A stretch of DNA of 64,000 nucleotides from the NCBI RefSeq assembly GCF_009914755.1, contig NC_060936.1, one strand, 5' to 3'. The translations under genes and the position numbers were made by a program. The stretch is from the human T2T-CHM13v2.0 reference genome, Homo sapiens. The notes below the pieces were generated by a model. The model was not told the DNA's origin. It made no database searches and worked only from the letters and a program-made list of their open reading frames with translations. Position 1 is the first letter of the stretch. Each line of letters begins with the position of its first letter. This document shows positions 61,400-64,000 of the stretch, one piece after another.

Positions 61400-61730
61400 T
61401 TACAGAGAATTTTTAGGGCAGTGAATTCATTCTATATGATATTACCAATGGTGGGTACATGTTATTATACACTTGTCAAGACCCATAGAATACACAACAC
61501 CAAGATTGAGCCCTAATGTAAACTATAGTCCTTCGCTGATAAAGATGTGTCAGCATAGGTTCATCGATTGTAAAAAAATGTGCCACTCTGGTGCTGGTTG
61601 TTGAAAGTAAAGGAGGCTGTGCATGTGTGTGGGGGGTGGGGGAGAAGACGTATATGGAGGCTCTCCATACATTTTGTTCAATTTTATAGTGAACATAAAA
61701 TTTCTCCTAAACATTTATTAATTTAGAAAA
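61400..61730 (+). mobile_element. L1MC 3' end
   Basis: ACCCATAGAATACACAACACCAAGA.TGAGCCCTAATGTAAACTAT motif. Confidence 0.8.
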
Positions 61731-62029
61731 ATATCTGTATTTTGTGTATGTCTTTCCTAGAGAGAGGTTTATAATTTTTGTTGAAGCTCAAAAATGCTGC
61801 ACAATCCTAAAATTGTTTTAAGAAAATGAAGCAAACCCTTCTTTTCTGGAGAATCTAAATATACCTGCTTATAGCATCTGATTATATAATTGGCAAAGTT
61901 GAGGACAGGAAATGATACCCTAGGAGACTGACATATCTTAATGTAGTCATTGTGTTAAAAGTTTCAACATTATGAATAAGTCTAAAATATTTTTTGACCT
62001 TCCCCTAGCCCTATTCTCCTCTACTTCAC

Positions 62030-62910
62030 TGTTTCAATGTTAATACATATCAAAACACTTTAATCTTGTTTAACCACTTCCTAATAGTTGATACTATAGA
62101 GCACAGTTCATTTAGCCATTCCACTGTTGATGGTTTTTTAGGTGGTTTGCCCTCTTTCTGCATTAGAGGCAATGCTACAATGAACATCCTGGTGCATACC
62201 AGCAAAGATTTCTCCAGGAAAGATACCTAGGAATTAAAATTGCACTTTATTTTAAGATACACTGCTAAAGAGCCCTCCAAAAAGACTAAAACCTATGCCC
62301 CCACTAGCAATATGTGAGAATGCATATTTTCATACACTTTGAATATTATCAAAGTTAAAATTTTTTGATAATCTCATAGGTGAAAATGGTATTTAGTTAT
62401 AGTAATATCCATTTTCCTAATTATTATTAGTTTCAGATATTTTCTGTGTTTACTGGCCACTTGTGTTTCCACTTTGGTGAATTTCCTTTTTGTATCCTTT
62501 GCCAATTTCTCTCTTGGGTTGTTTATCCTTTCTGTTTTTATTTATAGGAATCGTTTATATATTGTTTGTACTAATATTTTTGGTGTTATTTATGTTGTAA
62601 ATATTTTTATCCATTTTTATATATTTAGCTTTGTTTGTGATGCCTTAACCTCTGTCTTACATTTCAACGTTCTCAAATGTATTCTTTTCCTATTTACTTC
62701 TTATTTAATAAAGTCCTTCTCAATCCCCAAATCCATAAAGATCATAAATATATTTTCTCCCAATAATTTTATAATTTTCAGTCTTTAATCCATCTGAGAT
62801 GTATTTTCCAAGAATGATTCATAAAGATGTCTTTATTTTTACCCTCAAAGCATAGGCAATTTTCTTGCCACAATTTCTTGAATAGGTCATCCTTCTTCCA
62901 CTGATTTGAG
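62030..62910 (-). mobile_element. Old L1M fragment
   Basis: T-rich antisense L1 ORF2-end motifs; boundaries approximate. Confidence 0.65.
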
Positions 62911-64000
62911 CTGAGTCCACTAGCTACAGCATAGACAACTATTTAGGGTTGCTCAGAACACAGCATGCTATTTTCCCTTCCTATAGCCATCCCTGTTGCG
63001 TGTCATTTTCCTAGCCTAATGCCTATTCCTTCAAGACTAAGTTCAAGAATCAACCCTCCACGCTCAGAAAGATTTCCCTCATTCTCCTCACTATACCCTT
63101 GTTTAAAACTCATCAATTACTTCCATTTAGAAGAAAATCCAAACTCCTTACCATGGCCAACAGGCCATACAAGAGCTGCCTACTCTCAGACCTCATTTCC
63201 TATAGCCCCTCCTTGGCTCACTCATTTCCAGCCTCACTGGGCTTGTGTTGTTCTTCCAACACTCCAAGCCCAGGCCCTTTGCTTTTGCTGATCACTCTGC
63301 CTGAACTTATTTTCCCTTTGTATGACTTACTCATTCTTGTCCTTCACATCTCAGTTCGAATGTCCACTTTTCAGAGAGCTCTTCTCTGATTGCCCTCTCC
63401 AAAACTGTGTTCAACTACAACACTCTATACTTCTCTTTTACTTTCTTATTATCCTCATCAGAAATCCTATTATTTGTTGACTTGTGTATTATTCACTTAT
63501 CCCTCTAGAATGTAAGCTCTTTGTCTTACCACTGTATTTCTAAAACCTAGACCGAAACTTGGTATGTAGTAGAGAATTAATGAATATTGGATGAATGAAT
63601 GTCCCTGCTTGTGCTCCTGATGGCACCTGTGCTTAGCTCTGTTGTAGCAATCCTCACACTACTACCATTGGGTTTTTCTTGCCTGACTTTTCCACTAAGC
63701 TTTCTGAAAAATCATTATTTTTTACTATGTCTAGTGTCTGTCAATAAATGTGCACTGACAAAATAAATGAGTGAATGAATGGGAAATTGATGTTGAGATG
63801 CCGTTTTTAAAGAGTAAGTACCTTATCACACATAGCTAAAGAGACCAACTGACACATCCACCGTACTAGTGGGAAATCTTAGATCTATAAGTTTAGAAAC
63901 ATTTCTATCTTCCAAGTTACCACAGGAGACAGTGTTACTGATTGTTTCATGATTATAAACAGGACCCCCATCTTCCCACCTCCTATGGGAATTTTCTTAT

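Overview
Human genomic DNA (AT-rich, Alu/L1/L2/MIR-laden), recognised as the SLC17A8-NR1H4 interval on 12q23.1. The left end holds the last two coding exons and 3' UTR of SLC17A8 (VGLUT3, + strand). The right end holds the HNF1-site promoter, non-coding exon 1 and start of intron 1 of NR1H4 (FXR, + strand). The ~52 kb between them is mostly transposon-derived: about 30 Alus including one AluYb8, a full solo LTR12C (ERV9) with TSD, MLT1 LTRs, Tigger2/MER30/MER63/MER20 DNA elements and L1/L2/MIR fragments. The main unexpected observation is that the non-repetitive islands between ~34.6 and ~55.8 kb carry a chain of minus-strand AG...GT-bounded segments. Ten of them (42433 to 34647) can be spliced without frameshift into one ~340-codon, stop-interrupted, protein-like frame. 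This is a candidate decayed (unitary) multi-exon gene, head-to-head with NR1H4, that I could not assign to a family. Secondary observations: an LTR12C with a mutated poly(A) signal pointing at NR1H4, a tailless internally primed Alu, a perfect hairpin between two closely spaced inverted AluY, and uORFs in NR1H4 exon 1. All coordinates were read by eye and repeat subfamily calls come from remembered consensus features, not a database search.
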